Part shown: piece by piece, positions 45,101-52,505 of the stretch
Position numbering within the stretch: the first letter of the stretch is position 1
Layout of the letters: the number at the start of each line of letters is the position of its first letter
Virus record (IMG/VR): IMGVR_UViG_3300046050_000049
Span: 1 to 52,505 of that record
Strand: one strand, 5' to 3'
DNA: 52,505 bases
Source: a virus
Lineage: Duplodnaviria > Caudoviricetes
Notes under the pieces: generated by a model
Databases searched by the model: none
Seen by the model: the letters and a program-made list of their open reading frames with translations, nothing else
Told to the model about the DNA's origin: nothing
Program-made: the position numbers and the translations under genes

Positions 45101-45650
45101 TGGTCTCGTGGTACTCTCGAAGATTCGTCATGAAGGCGTCGGCGAGCCCTTCGTGCGTGACGGTCAGCTCCTCGTCGGGGAAGATGCCGGCCTTGTCACA
45201 GATCGACTCATACCGTCGAAGGAACCGCTCGTCGCCGGTGACTCGGAACTTCTCGAGTGCGACCTGCGCCATCAGTCGAGCCTGCTTCTGGGCACCCTCG
45301 GGATTGTCGGTCAGGTCGAACCCATCCTCAATCCGCTCTTTCCCGTCGGAACCGACGAATCCGTCGAGGAACTTGTCGGAGTACGCCCCGTGGTCGGCCG
45401 CGTTCGTGTTCTCGGTGGGAGCGCCTCCGTCGTTGCCCTCGGCGTTCGTGTTGCCCTCGGGGGCTCCGGAGTCGTCAGCTCCGCCGTGGGTGCTACACTT
45501 GCCGTGGGAACCCTGAGCGTACCCGCGACAGCGTCGGCCGGCCGACTTCGCTGTTGCGATGCACTGCCCCCACTCGCTGTACTGCCGTTCACCGGTGATC
45601 TCTCTGGCGTCGGGATGGGCGTCCGGATGGAACTCGTCTGGTGCTCCCAT
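45093..45650 (-). CDS. Putative terminase small subunit 2 (C..C..CxxHGG and GAPxGNxNA..HG type)
   Basis: CIATAK..RC...CSTHGG; GAPEGNTNA and GAPTENTNAADHGAY. Confidence 0.65.
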   Translation of the reverse strand: MGAPDEFHPDAHPDAREITGERQYSEWGQCIATAKSAGRRCRGYAQGSHGKCSTHGGADDSGAPEGNTNAEGNDGGAPTENTNAADHGAYSDKFLDGFVGSDGKERIEDGFDLTDNPEGAQKQARLMAQVALEKFRVTGDERFLRRYESICDKAGIFPDEELTVTHEGLADAFMTNLREYHETND

Positions 45651-45686
45651 GAGGTTGAGTTGTTTCGTCTAAACCCGAGCCGTCGT

Positions 45687-45980
45687 CTACAGGTCGGGAG
45701 AGGGCGGTGAAGCAGCCGGCTTCGGTGGTTCAGTCCCGGATGGCGACGGGGGTTGTAGCCGGGGATCGTCGATATTGAGGCCGTGCTCACCACCGAGATG
45801 GCAAGACGAGCACAGCGCGACAAGGTTCGACTCGTCGTTATTCTCTTTGTTGCCGTCGAGGTGGTGGACGTGAAACGCCTGCACACCGTCGCAACCGCGA
45901 CCGCAGCCGGGGCAGCGATACCGGTCAGGATCACGGTCGCGCCAGAAGAGCGCTCGACCTGAAGCGCGGGGGTCAGTCAT
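45687..45980 (-). CDS. Small HNH endonuclease (packaging-associated type)
   Basis: CPGC...HVHHLDGNKENNDESNLVALCSSCH. Confidence 0.85.
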   Translation of the reverse strand: MTDPRASGRALFWRDRDPDRYRCPGCGRGCDGVQAFHVHHLDGNKENNDESNLVALCSSCHLGGEHGLNIDDPRLQPPSPSGTEPPKPAASPPSPDL

Positions 45981-46161
45981 GGATCAGGATCTTCTTGACG
46001 CAGTCCGGGCAGAGGGTGACGGTGTCGCCCAACTCGTAGTCGTGCGACTGCATCGTCTCCCCGAACGGCGTCGTCGTCCACGTTCGCTTATTAAACGTGG
46101 CGAGGAATCCCGGGAACTCGCCTTCGTGCTCGCAGCGGTCGCAGGTGTAGTCGTAGCCCAT
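45973..46161 (-). CDS. Small Zn-finger protein
   Basis: CDRC...CPDC. Confidence 0.65.
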   Translation of the reverse strand: MGYDYTCDRCEHEGEFPGFLATFNKRTWTTTPFGETMQSHDYELGDTVTLCPDCVKKILIHD

Positions 46162-46164
46162 CGC

Positions 46165-46728
46165 TCAGTTCTCGTGACTGAACCCGCGCGGATCGAGGCC
46201 GTTCGGAGTGTCGTACCGCTTGCCGACCCAGTCGGTCGCATCGTGCATGTCCCGCTCTCGGAGATGCGCTCTGGGATGATGAAGCGCGCTCGGCTCTTCG
46301 TGCGCGTACAGCTCGGTGGTCCCATCGGACTGAGCGAACCCGCGGATGTGCAGCTGTCGATGTGGGTGCTCGCGCTCAGGATCGAACAGATATCGACGCG
46401 CGTTGAGGTCCTCACCTCGGTAATGATACGAGAGCGGCCACGCCGGTTCGTAGGACTGTCGGCCGAGTCGCTCAGTAACCGCCTCGATATCGGCGTCGAC
46501 GAGCGCCGTCGACGGCGGAGCACCGGCACTGAAGAAGCGCCGGCGGAGTGCGTAGACGATACGACGGAACACACGCCACGGAAGTTGCGCGAGCGGGAGT
46601 GATCCCGTCCGGCGGTAGTACCGAACTGCGCCGGCGCTCCCCGAAAGGCCGGTCGCGAGGGCGACGGCGAGGTCGGGGTGACTGGCGAGCCATGCGAGGG
46701 TCGTGCGAAGGAGATCTTCGGGTGTCAT
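46165..46728 (-). CDS. Membrane-anchored protein (possible lysis accessory)
   Basis: N-terminal hydrophobic segment; RQLHIRGF...AHEE. Confidence 0.65.
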   Translation of the reverse strand: MTPEDLLRTTLAWLASHPDLAVALATGLSGSAGAVRYYRRTGSLPLAQLPWRVFRRIVYALRRRFFSAGAPPSTALVDADIEAVTERLGRQSYEPAWPLSYHYRGEDLNARRYLFDPEREHPHRQLHIRGFAQSDGTTELYAHEEPSALHHPRAHLRERDMHDATDWVGKRYDTPNGLDPRGFSHEN

Positions 46729-46732
46729 GAGA

Positions 46733-47053
46733 CTATTTTTCTCCCTCAGCGTCAGCCGCGGGGCCGCCGGCGATCTCGAGGACGGCTCTCGCCACCGCTG
46801 CGTAGTCGACCGCGAGGACGCCGTTCAGCAGGCCCAGCGTGACGATTGCTGCGCCACCGACCCACGTCGGGTCCGCGCCAGCGCGAATTGCGATGACGCC
46901 GACGAGGATAACGCCGATATTGGCGATGAGCGATTGGATTGCTTTGATCGTCTTGAGCATCTGGAGATCACCACCCCTCTCCGCGACAGCGAGATAGTCC
47001 TCGACGAGTGCATCGAAACAATACCACGGCCGTGATGCGTGATTGCTGGTCAT
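46733..47053 (-). CDS. Two-TM holin-like membrane protein
   Basis: Two TM helices; at the start of the late operon. Confidence 0.5.
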   Translation of the reverse strand: MTSNHASRPWYCFDALVEDYLAVAERGGDLQMLKTIKAIQSLIANIGVILVGVIAIRAGADPTWVGGAAIVTLGLLNGVLAVDYAAVARAVLEIAGGPAADAEGEK

Positions 47054-47241
47054 GATTCATTTCCGGGGTCGCTTGCAACGGTCTTCGATTGCGGCACACG
47101 GAGTCGCGTCCCGTCGACGTTGACCGTCAGGAGCGTCGTCACCGAAACCGCCGACGCTCGGAGCTCGTGATCAACGACGGTCCCGGAGACGACATCACCC
47201 GAGAACGGCGATTCGAACGCGACGCGATTTGGAATACTCAT
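47050..47241 (-). CDS. Small hypothetical protein (MSIPNRVAFE...)
   Basis: ATGA overlap with the next gene. Confidence 0.55.
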   Translation of the reverse strand: MSIPNRVAFESPFSGDVVSGTVVDHELRASAVSVTTLLTVNVDGTRLRVPQSKTVASDPGNES

Positions 47242-47474
47242 AGGTCGATACTGTCGAAGGCGTCGGCGAGGAGTTGCACCTCTCCGTGGGGGTACGGCAC
47301 TATTGGATTGCCGACGCAGCACGGTCGAGGGTGCGACCGCTCGGTATGCTGTACGATCCGGCGCTCGGACGGGGTGAGCGTCGCGAGCACCACGATGCGT
47401 CGGTTCCCGCTCGTTGCGACGGAGCCGTGACGAGCGAGGAGGACAGGTTAGGCGGTCACGAAAGCACTCGACAG

Positions 47475-47963
47475 TCACTCAGCGAGCGGGTCGGTCGTGG
47501 ACTGGCGGTCAGTCGCAGCACTGTGCTGAACGCCCGCGTCGATACCGGCCGCCAGCGCATCGTTCACGTCGTGCTCGTCGCAGTAACGCTGGATAGCGAT
47601 GTAGACGGCTGGCCGTTGCGAGAGCGTGACGCCCTTAGCTTCGAGTGACTCAATACACCGGCGGAGGAGGGTTTTGAACCGTGTCATCGTGAGACAGCGG
47701 TCATCGCCGTCGTCCCAGACGCGCTCGTACGCTGATGCAACGCCACACTCACACCAGACCTCCGTTGCGTCAGCCGGCGGGCCGTACGGGACGGCCTCGA
47801 CCTCGGTCGTCGGCTCCGCGCGCCTGTACGCCGAGCGACGGACCGACGTGGGTTCCGTCGGGTCGCTGCTCTCGCGTTTGACGCGTTCGACGCGGATGCG
47901 TCGAAAACAGTTGGAGCAGACGTCCGGAGCGTTCAGCGCGTGTGCTTGGAGAATATCTGACAC
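47475..47963 (-). CDS. Cys-containing hypothetical protein (possible late regulator)
   Basis: CSNC, WCECG. Confidence 0.6.
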   Translation of the reverse strand: MSDILQAHALNAPDVCSNCFRRIRVERVKRESSDPTEPTSVRRSAYRRAEPTTEVEAVPYGPPADATEVWCECGVASAYERVWDDGDDRCLTMTRFKTLLRRCIESLEAKGVTLSQRPAVYIAIQRYCDEHDVNDALAAGIDAGVQHSAATDRQSTTDPLAE

Positions 47964-48094
47964 AAGTGACTAAAGCCCACTTTCGGTTGGTCACGAGCAC
48001 CGGCCGTCGTGCGTCTGCTCATTCATACCCGCGGTGGTGGATAGTCGCTTGCGACAGCGTGAGATATTAACGCTTTCTCGACGCCGGCTGGCGA

Positions 48095-48310
48095 TTAGGT
48101 CCGGTCATTCCGCGCATAGAGGCGTTCGCGAGCGTCGCCGGGACGCGGCCACGATTCGATCGTTCCGCGAGTCCGGAGCCGACGAAGTGCCCATCGCGCG
48201 GTTGATCGCGGCAGCCCCGACTCGTCGACGACCTCGGACAGGGTCGCCGGCCCGATCTCGTTGAGAACGCGCTCAACGAGTCGGACGGACGGGGGCTTGG
48301 AGTCGGTCAT
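48095..48310 (-). CDS. MarR-like winged-HTH protein
   Basis: GPATLSEVVDESGLPRSTARWALRRL...DARERLY. Confidence 0.75.
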   Translation of the reverse strand: MTDSKPPSVRLVERVLNEIGPATLSEVVDESGLPRSTARWALRRLRTRGTIESWPRPGDARERLYARNDRT

Positions 48311-48365
48311 GATCGGAGTGCCGCTGGCTGGTCGGCGGGGCAATCAGCGGCCGTCGGGACGGGGA

Positions 48366-51107
48366 TCAGCCTCCTCCAGCGCCCGCTTCCCAGTCCCAGA
48401 CGCCCGTCGTCTCGTCCGAGCTGCTACTCGATCCGGCTGTTCGTGAGGGATCAGCGTCCGACGGGTCGGCAATCGCGACGGTCCACGTATAGGAGGACCA
48501 TACGGGGGCCGTCACGACTTCGCCATCCTCGTCCGTGAGGTCAGCGACGCCGGCGTTCGGCACTCCCGTCTTGGCGTACATCGTGGCACCGTTCGGTCCA
48601 TGACGTTCGACGGCGTCGACGACATCTTCCTTGAGGAGCCGTTCAAGCGTCCGGTGGACGTGCCGCTTCGAGGCATCTGTTCGGTTAGCGATGTTGCGAG
48701 CGGAGAGGCGACCGGAGGCGTCTCGCAGCGCTTCAATGATCTCCTCCTGCTTCCGTGAGAAGCGCCAGACGACGCCCGAGGTCTGGACATCGGTGAACCC
48801 CGCAGGCATCGCATCGGTTCTGACGAAGACGGTCGCCGTCGACTCGGGATCTGTCGGGTCACGAGCATACCGGCCTGCGGCCTGCGCAGTGTGGTTCTCG
48901 CGAACGCTTGCGAGAATCTCCTGTGCGGTGCAAGCATCGTCGCCGACGAACCCTCGACCGTGAGCGCGTTTGAATCCGGTCCCGTCGCACTCGTGACACC
49001 CATCGCCCTCGCAGTCATCGCAGACCGTCTCCGAGCGCTCGGGTTCGGCATCGAGATCGAGCTCGGCGAGCAGGTCGACGACGTAGTCGTCGCCGGGGTC
49101 GATACACCCGTTTACGAGGCCGACGCGCTCGGCCTCGAAGTCGTTGCGCGACTTCTCCTCGCCGAAGTGCATCGTCTCAACGTCGCCACACCCGGAGTTC
49201 TTCATGATACGGGCGAGCCGATCCTCGACAGAGTCGGCCGTGAGTGCCGTCCGGAGGTCGTCGCCATACTGTTCGCGGAGGTGCTTGATGAGAACGCGCA
49301 CGCCCTTAGAATCGAAGTACTCGCCGCTGGCGAGCGGCCGCGTCGCGTCGCCGACCTGCACAACTCGGAGGCCGCGCTCGTAGCGCCGCCACAGACGCCG
49401 AGCCTCCGGTTCGAGGACCTCGGCCCGCTGGATGTACGGCAGGGTGTTCGCCTGCCAGACAGGGAGCGCGGGGTGAGCGTCGAGGCCGACGACAGAGCGC
49501 GCGGCCGAGAAGTCCGGGACAGAGCGAACCGTCCGGACATCGTTGTGTTCGTCAAGGACGACCGTGAGCCACTCTTGATTCCACGAGTCCTCGTCGTGGA
49601 CGTTGGCGTCGAGTCGGGGCGGCTCGTACGGGGTCTTCCCGACGCGACGGCCGTTCGAGCGTTCCTCGGCGTGGAAGATCGCCCGAGCGAGGGCCGGGGC
49701 CATCGTGTGCGCGCGTTCGTCGGTGAAGTACCACTCCCGATCGGGTTCGCAGTCGAGCGCCTGTTCCATCGCTTCACGTTCAGCGGCGGCGTCGTCCCCC
49801 CAGCCGTCGTACTCGGCCAGCGTGAGCAAGTGTTCCCACGTGGTGACTGGCGCGTCGATTTCCCGGAGATACGCGCCGACGGCATCGCGTACGCGCGCTG
49901 TCTCGAGATCGGCGGCGAAATCGACCGACTCGTCGAGAACGACGTTGTTGTGTGAGCGAATCCCCGGCACGTGTGCGAAGTTGTGGGTCGCAAGGACGAG
50001 CGGCCAGTCGCCATCGCGGTAGCGCTCCCACTGGTGGATGGCCGGACACTCGCTGGACTCACCGTCGTTGAACTCTCCGTCCTCGTGGTCGTAACTCGTC
50101 GACGACCCCTCACAGCACGGAAGTTCGGCGGACTGGTCGTTGTTGTCTTCGAGATACCGGTGGACGGCCGAGAACGGGAGACCGCGGCCGTCGCACAGCT
50201 CTTGGATGACATCGGACGCGGGGACGCCGTCGACGGTGATCGGCATGTAGTCGATATCGACATCGTCGTCATCCGGTGGGTCATAGTCGCCGGCCGCGAC
50301 CGGGCACGCCTCGTGGCGACTCTTTAAAACAAAGTACTGGCCGCCGTGTTCGTCGGCGACCTCAATTGCTTCGTCGCGGGCGTCCCGCGTCTCCGAGAGA
50401 TGGATCACCGGCCGGTCGCCGGTGATGTCGTCGCGCGCCCCCCAGCGCGTCGTTGCGACGGTGAAGCTCTTCCCCAGCGAGGTGGGGGCGTCGACGACGC
50501 GGGCGTCCTCGTTGCGCATCGTCGCCGCAATCGTGTCGAACAGTTGATCGCGAGCGTCGTCGGTCGACGGCCAGTCGACCCCGCGCTTCTTCGCCGCGCG
50601 TCGACGGTCGGCCGGCGACATCGCGTCAAGCTGGGCGAGCGGCAGCCCGGACACTGGAGCGGCCATCCCTGTACTGCCGGAGGACGGCAGGTCCTTCCGT
50701 TCGTCAGACTCGTCAGACTCAGCGGAGGGCACGCCCCCGCCCATGAACAGATGCATCGAGAAGTCCTCCACATCCTCGTCGGGCTGCTCGTCGCCCCCAT
50801 CGTCCTCGTCGCGCTTGCGAGCGATGGCGTCCTCAATGGCGGCATCCGTATGCGGGTTCTCGGACTGCTCCGGCTCGTACTCAGCGCCGGCGACAGCCGA
50901 CGCCTCGGCTAGACGCTCCTCCTCGTCGACGATGTCGTCCGTCGTAGACGGGGGACGCTCGTGAGGCTCGTCGAGGGTAGCATCCCCGGGGTGGTGGCGC
51001 TCGCAGAGCGAGTGCGAGTGCGGATTGACCGCAGGCTCGTTACAGCGTCGGAGCGCACACCGGTGGATGCGCCGAGGCTCCTCGCTGGCGTCGGTCACTT
51101 CGACCAC
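48366..51107 (-). CDS. Large divergent helicase-like replication protein with C-terminal wHTH
   Basis: Walker A-like APTSLGKS, Walker B-like VVLDE, QAAGRYAR motif VI-like, Cys clusters, SARNIANRTDASKRHVHRTL. Confidence 0.65.
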   Translation of the reverse strand: MVEVTDASEEPRRIHRCALRRCNEPAVNPHSHSLCERHHPGDATLDEPHERPPSTTDDIVDEEERLAEASAVAGAEYEPEQSENPHTDAAIEDAIARKRDEDDGGDEQPDEDVEDFSMHLFMGGGVPSAESDESDERKDLPSSGSTGMAAPVSGLPLAQLDAMSPADRRRAAKKRGVDWPSTDDARDQLFDTIAATMRNEDARVVDAPTSLGKSFTVATTRWGARDDITGDRPVIHLSETRDARDEAIEVADEHGGQYFVLKSRHEACPVAAGDYDPPDDDDVDIDYMPITVDGVPASDVIQELCDGRGLPFSAVHRYLEDNNDQSAELPCCEGSSTSYDHEDGEFNDGESSECPAIHQWERYRDGDWPLVLATHNFAHVPGIRSHNNVVLDESVDFAADLETARVRDAVGAYLREIDAPVTTWEHLLTLAEYDGWGDDAAAEREAMEQALDCEPDREWYFTDERAHTMAPALARAIFHAEERSNGRRVGKTPYEPPRLDANVHDEDSWNQEWLTVVLDEHNDVRTVRSVPDFSAARSVVGLDAHPALPVWQANTLPYIQRAEVLEPEARRLWRRYERGLRVVQVGDATRPLASGEYFDSKGVRVLIKHLREQYGDDLRTALTADSVEDRLARIMKNSGCGDVETMHFGEEKSRNDFEAERVGLVNGCIDPGDDYVVDLLAELDLDAEPERSETVCDDCEGDGCHECDGTGFKRAHGRGFVGDDACTAQEILASVRENHTAQAAGRYARDPTDPESTATVFVRTDAMPAGFTDVQTSGVVWRFSRKQEEIIEALRDASGRLSARNIANRTDASKRHVHRTLERLLKEDVVDAVERHGPNGATMYAKTGVPNAGVADLTDEDGEVVTAPVWSSYTWTVAIADPSDADPSRTAGSSSSSDETTGVWDWEAGAGGG

Positions 51108-52177
51108 CTCCTGAGGTCGGTGGCAGCCTCACGCGCCGGCGGGAGTTCCGGGAGTGGGGCAGCCGGTGGCTCCCGACCGGCGAACGGCTCGGGAGACGCC
51201 CGCTCCTTCCACGCCGTGAGCCACTCGCGCTCGCGGCCGTCGACGGCGTCTATCAGCTGGTCGTCGGGCCAGAGGTAGATCGGGAGGTCGAGGTCGGCAC
51301 CGATCTCCTGCACCCAGCGGAGATGGTTGAGCTGGTAGTCGACCCAGCGCTGTTCGCGAGCGTCGATTTCGACGAGCGCCTGATGCAGTTCGTTCGCACC
51401 GGCGTCGGCGGCCGCCTGCTTCGTCAGCTCGAAGTTCGACCCGCGTGGGTTGAGCGGCTCGTGGAAGACGACGGCCGGGTCGAGCGCGACGGTCGCCTCA
51501 AGTAGCTCCCGGAGTGCCGCCCGGTCAAGCGTCGGGTAGGTAGGATTGACGGAGACGAAGACCTGAACGCCAGCGTCGGCGAACTTTTTGAGGCCGCGGA
51601 GGCGGTGGGACGGAGCCGGGGCCGCCGGCTCGATGGCGATTGCCGCCTCATCGTCGAGCGTGGAGAGCGACGTGCCGACCGTGACGTGGTCGCTGGCGTC
51701 CTTGAAGACATTGAGGTCCTGCAGCGCGAGGATCGGGTTTCGGGTCTGAATCCGAGCGTAGTGCTCCTGTTCCGCGAGCAACCTGACGCAACGCCGAGTG
51801 ATGCTGCCGGCGCGGCCGTCCATGTAGCAGTCGGTCCCGTAGGAGATTCCGAAGACGCCGCGCCCACGTTCGGACATCTCGAAGGCGCGCGTGCCGGAGT
51901 CGATTGATTCGAGCGCGGTCTCCAGATGATGCGGGAGATCGTCTCGGTAGAGGACGTAGTCGCCCCACTCCTCCTGAGAATCGTCGACGCCGACGCTCTC
52001 AAGCTTGTCGGTGTGGTATCGGTACGGCGGGGTCGTAGGGACGTAACAGAACTTGCACCCATGCCGACAGCCCGTCGCGACGTTGATGACGTAGTCACAG
52101 AGGCGCTTCTCGGTGAGCGCCGACTCGGAGTATGGCGTTCGCGATGGATCGGACGCAGTCGCAACGTCGTTGGTCAC
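51095..52177 (-). CDS. Radical SAM protein, spore-photoproduct-lyase-like family
   Basis: INVATGCRHGCKFCYV (CxxxCxxC), TDCY, IQTR, IEPAAPAPSHRL. Confidence 0.85.
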   Translation of the reverse strand: MTNDVATASDPSRTPYSESALTEKRLCDYVINVATGCRHGCKFCYVPTTPPYRYHTDKLESVGVDDSQEEWGDYVLYRDDLPHHLETALESIDSGTRAFEMSERGRGVFGISYGTDCYMDGRAGSITRRCVRLLAEQEHYARIQTRNPILALQDLNVFKDASDHVTVGTSLSTLDDEAAIAIEPAAPAPSHRLRGLKKFADAGVQVFVSVNPTYPTLDRAALRELLEATVALDPAVVFHEPLNPRGSNFELTKQAAADAGANELHQALVEIDAREQRWVDYQLNHLRWVQEIGADLDLPIYLWPDDQLIDAVDGREREWLTAWKERASPEPFAGREPPAAPLPELPPAREAATDLRRWSK

Positions 52178-52395
52178 GCCGACCACCCCCAGTCGTCGAG
52201 CGTCGTCTGTCCATCGACATCGGTCGGCGGTTCTCCGCCGTCCGGAACGGGGACGTTCTTTGCAGTCTCCTCACCAGCGGGGGTGGGGTCGGTCGCATAG
52301 ACCGTTTCGCCGGCGTCCTCGTCGGCGACGGGACGCTCGTGGAAGTACTGCCACGAGTGGTCGAGCGGCTCGCCGTCATACGAGCGCCGGCTCAC
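52174..52395 (-). CDS. Small acidic protein, first gene downstream of the tRNA
   Basis: GTGA overlap with the radical SAM gene; ends GQTTLDDW. Confidence 0.6.
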   Translation of the reverse strand: MSRRSYDGEPLDHSWQYFHERPVADEDAGETVYATDPTPAGEETAKNVPVPDGGEPPTDVDGQTTLDDWGWSA

Positions 52396-52452
52396 GCGAG
52401 ACCACCCCGTTGGGCCTCAGCAGTGGCTACCGCATGTGAACTCAGCGGAGTA

Positions 52453-52466
52453 TGCGTGGGACCGGA
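52453..52466 (+). repeat. att core inside the tRNA-Leu 3' end
   Basis: Direct repeat of 42-55; identity ends at the T-loop. Confidence 0.9.
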
Positions 52467-52505
52467 TTTGAACCGGCGGACCTCTACAGGACAGCGCCCT
52501 CAACG
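52453..52505 (-). tRNA. tRNA-Leu(GAG), 3' part; the 5' part lies beyond the window
   Basis: Minus strand CGTT-GAG-GGCGCTG TCCTGTAGAGGTC CGCCGGTTCAAATCCGGTCCCACGCA: anticodon GAG, long variable arm, T-arm GGTTCAAATCC, discriminator A. Confidence 0.9.

Larger units (their letters stand above)
42..52466. mobile_element. Integrated haloarchaeal tailed-virus provirus (siphovirus-like), apparently complete
   Basis: Bounded by 14-bp direct repeats matching a tRNA 3' end; integrase at one end; full terminase-portal-capsid-tail-tape measure set; acidic halophile-type proteome. Confidence 0.95.

Noticed and set aside
1-52505. CRISPR array, IS transposase, rRNA, tail sheath or intein
   Set aside because: No regularly spaced repeat-spacer units, transposase motifs, sheath-sized gene or intein splice motifs were recognised by eye

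Overview
The window is essentially one complete ~52.4 kb integrated provirus of a haloarchaeon (GC-rich DNA, very acidic proteins). It is a head-tail (Caudoviricetes) virus and probably a siphovirus, because it has a tape measure gene and no sheath gene. It sits in the 3' end of a tRNA-Leu(GAG) gene between 14-bp direct repeats TGCGTGGGACCGGA (42-55 and 52453-52466). Left to right: tyrosine integrase; long leftward early operons of small Zn-finger and mosaic proteins, including a TGT/DpdA-like transglycosylase and an ART-like protein; Cdc6/Orc1; several HTH regulators with palindromic operators; an XPB-like helicase; then, on the minus strand, a three-gene adhesin-like array, tail fibre, tail, tape measure, head, portal and terminase; a ParB-methyltransferase, HNH nucleases and a holin-like gene; a large helicase-like replication protein; and an SPL-like radical SAM enzyme. 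The most unusual signals are: (i) three tandem tail-adhesin paralogs joined by poly-G tracts; (ii) early proteins built from unrelated modules joined by a recurrent [T/A/P/S]DGG linker; (iii) two unrelated TerS-like genes with the same C-terminal peptide; and (iv) a shared structured RNA leader on both long early operons. All functional calls come from reading motifs and gene order; no database searches were run.
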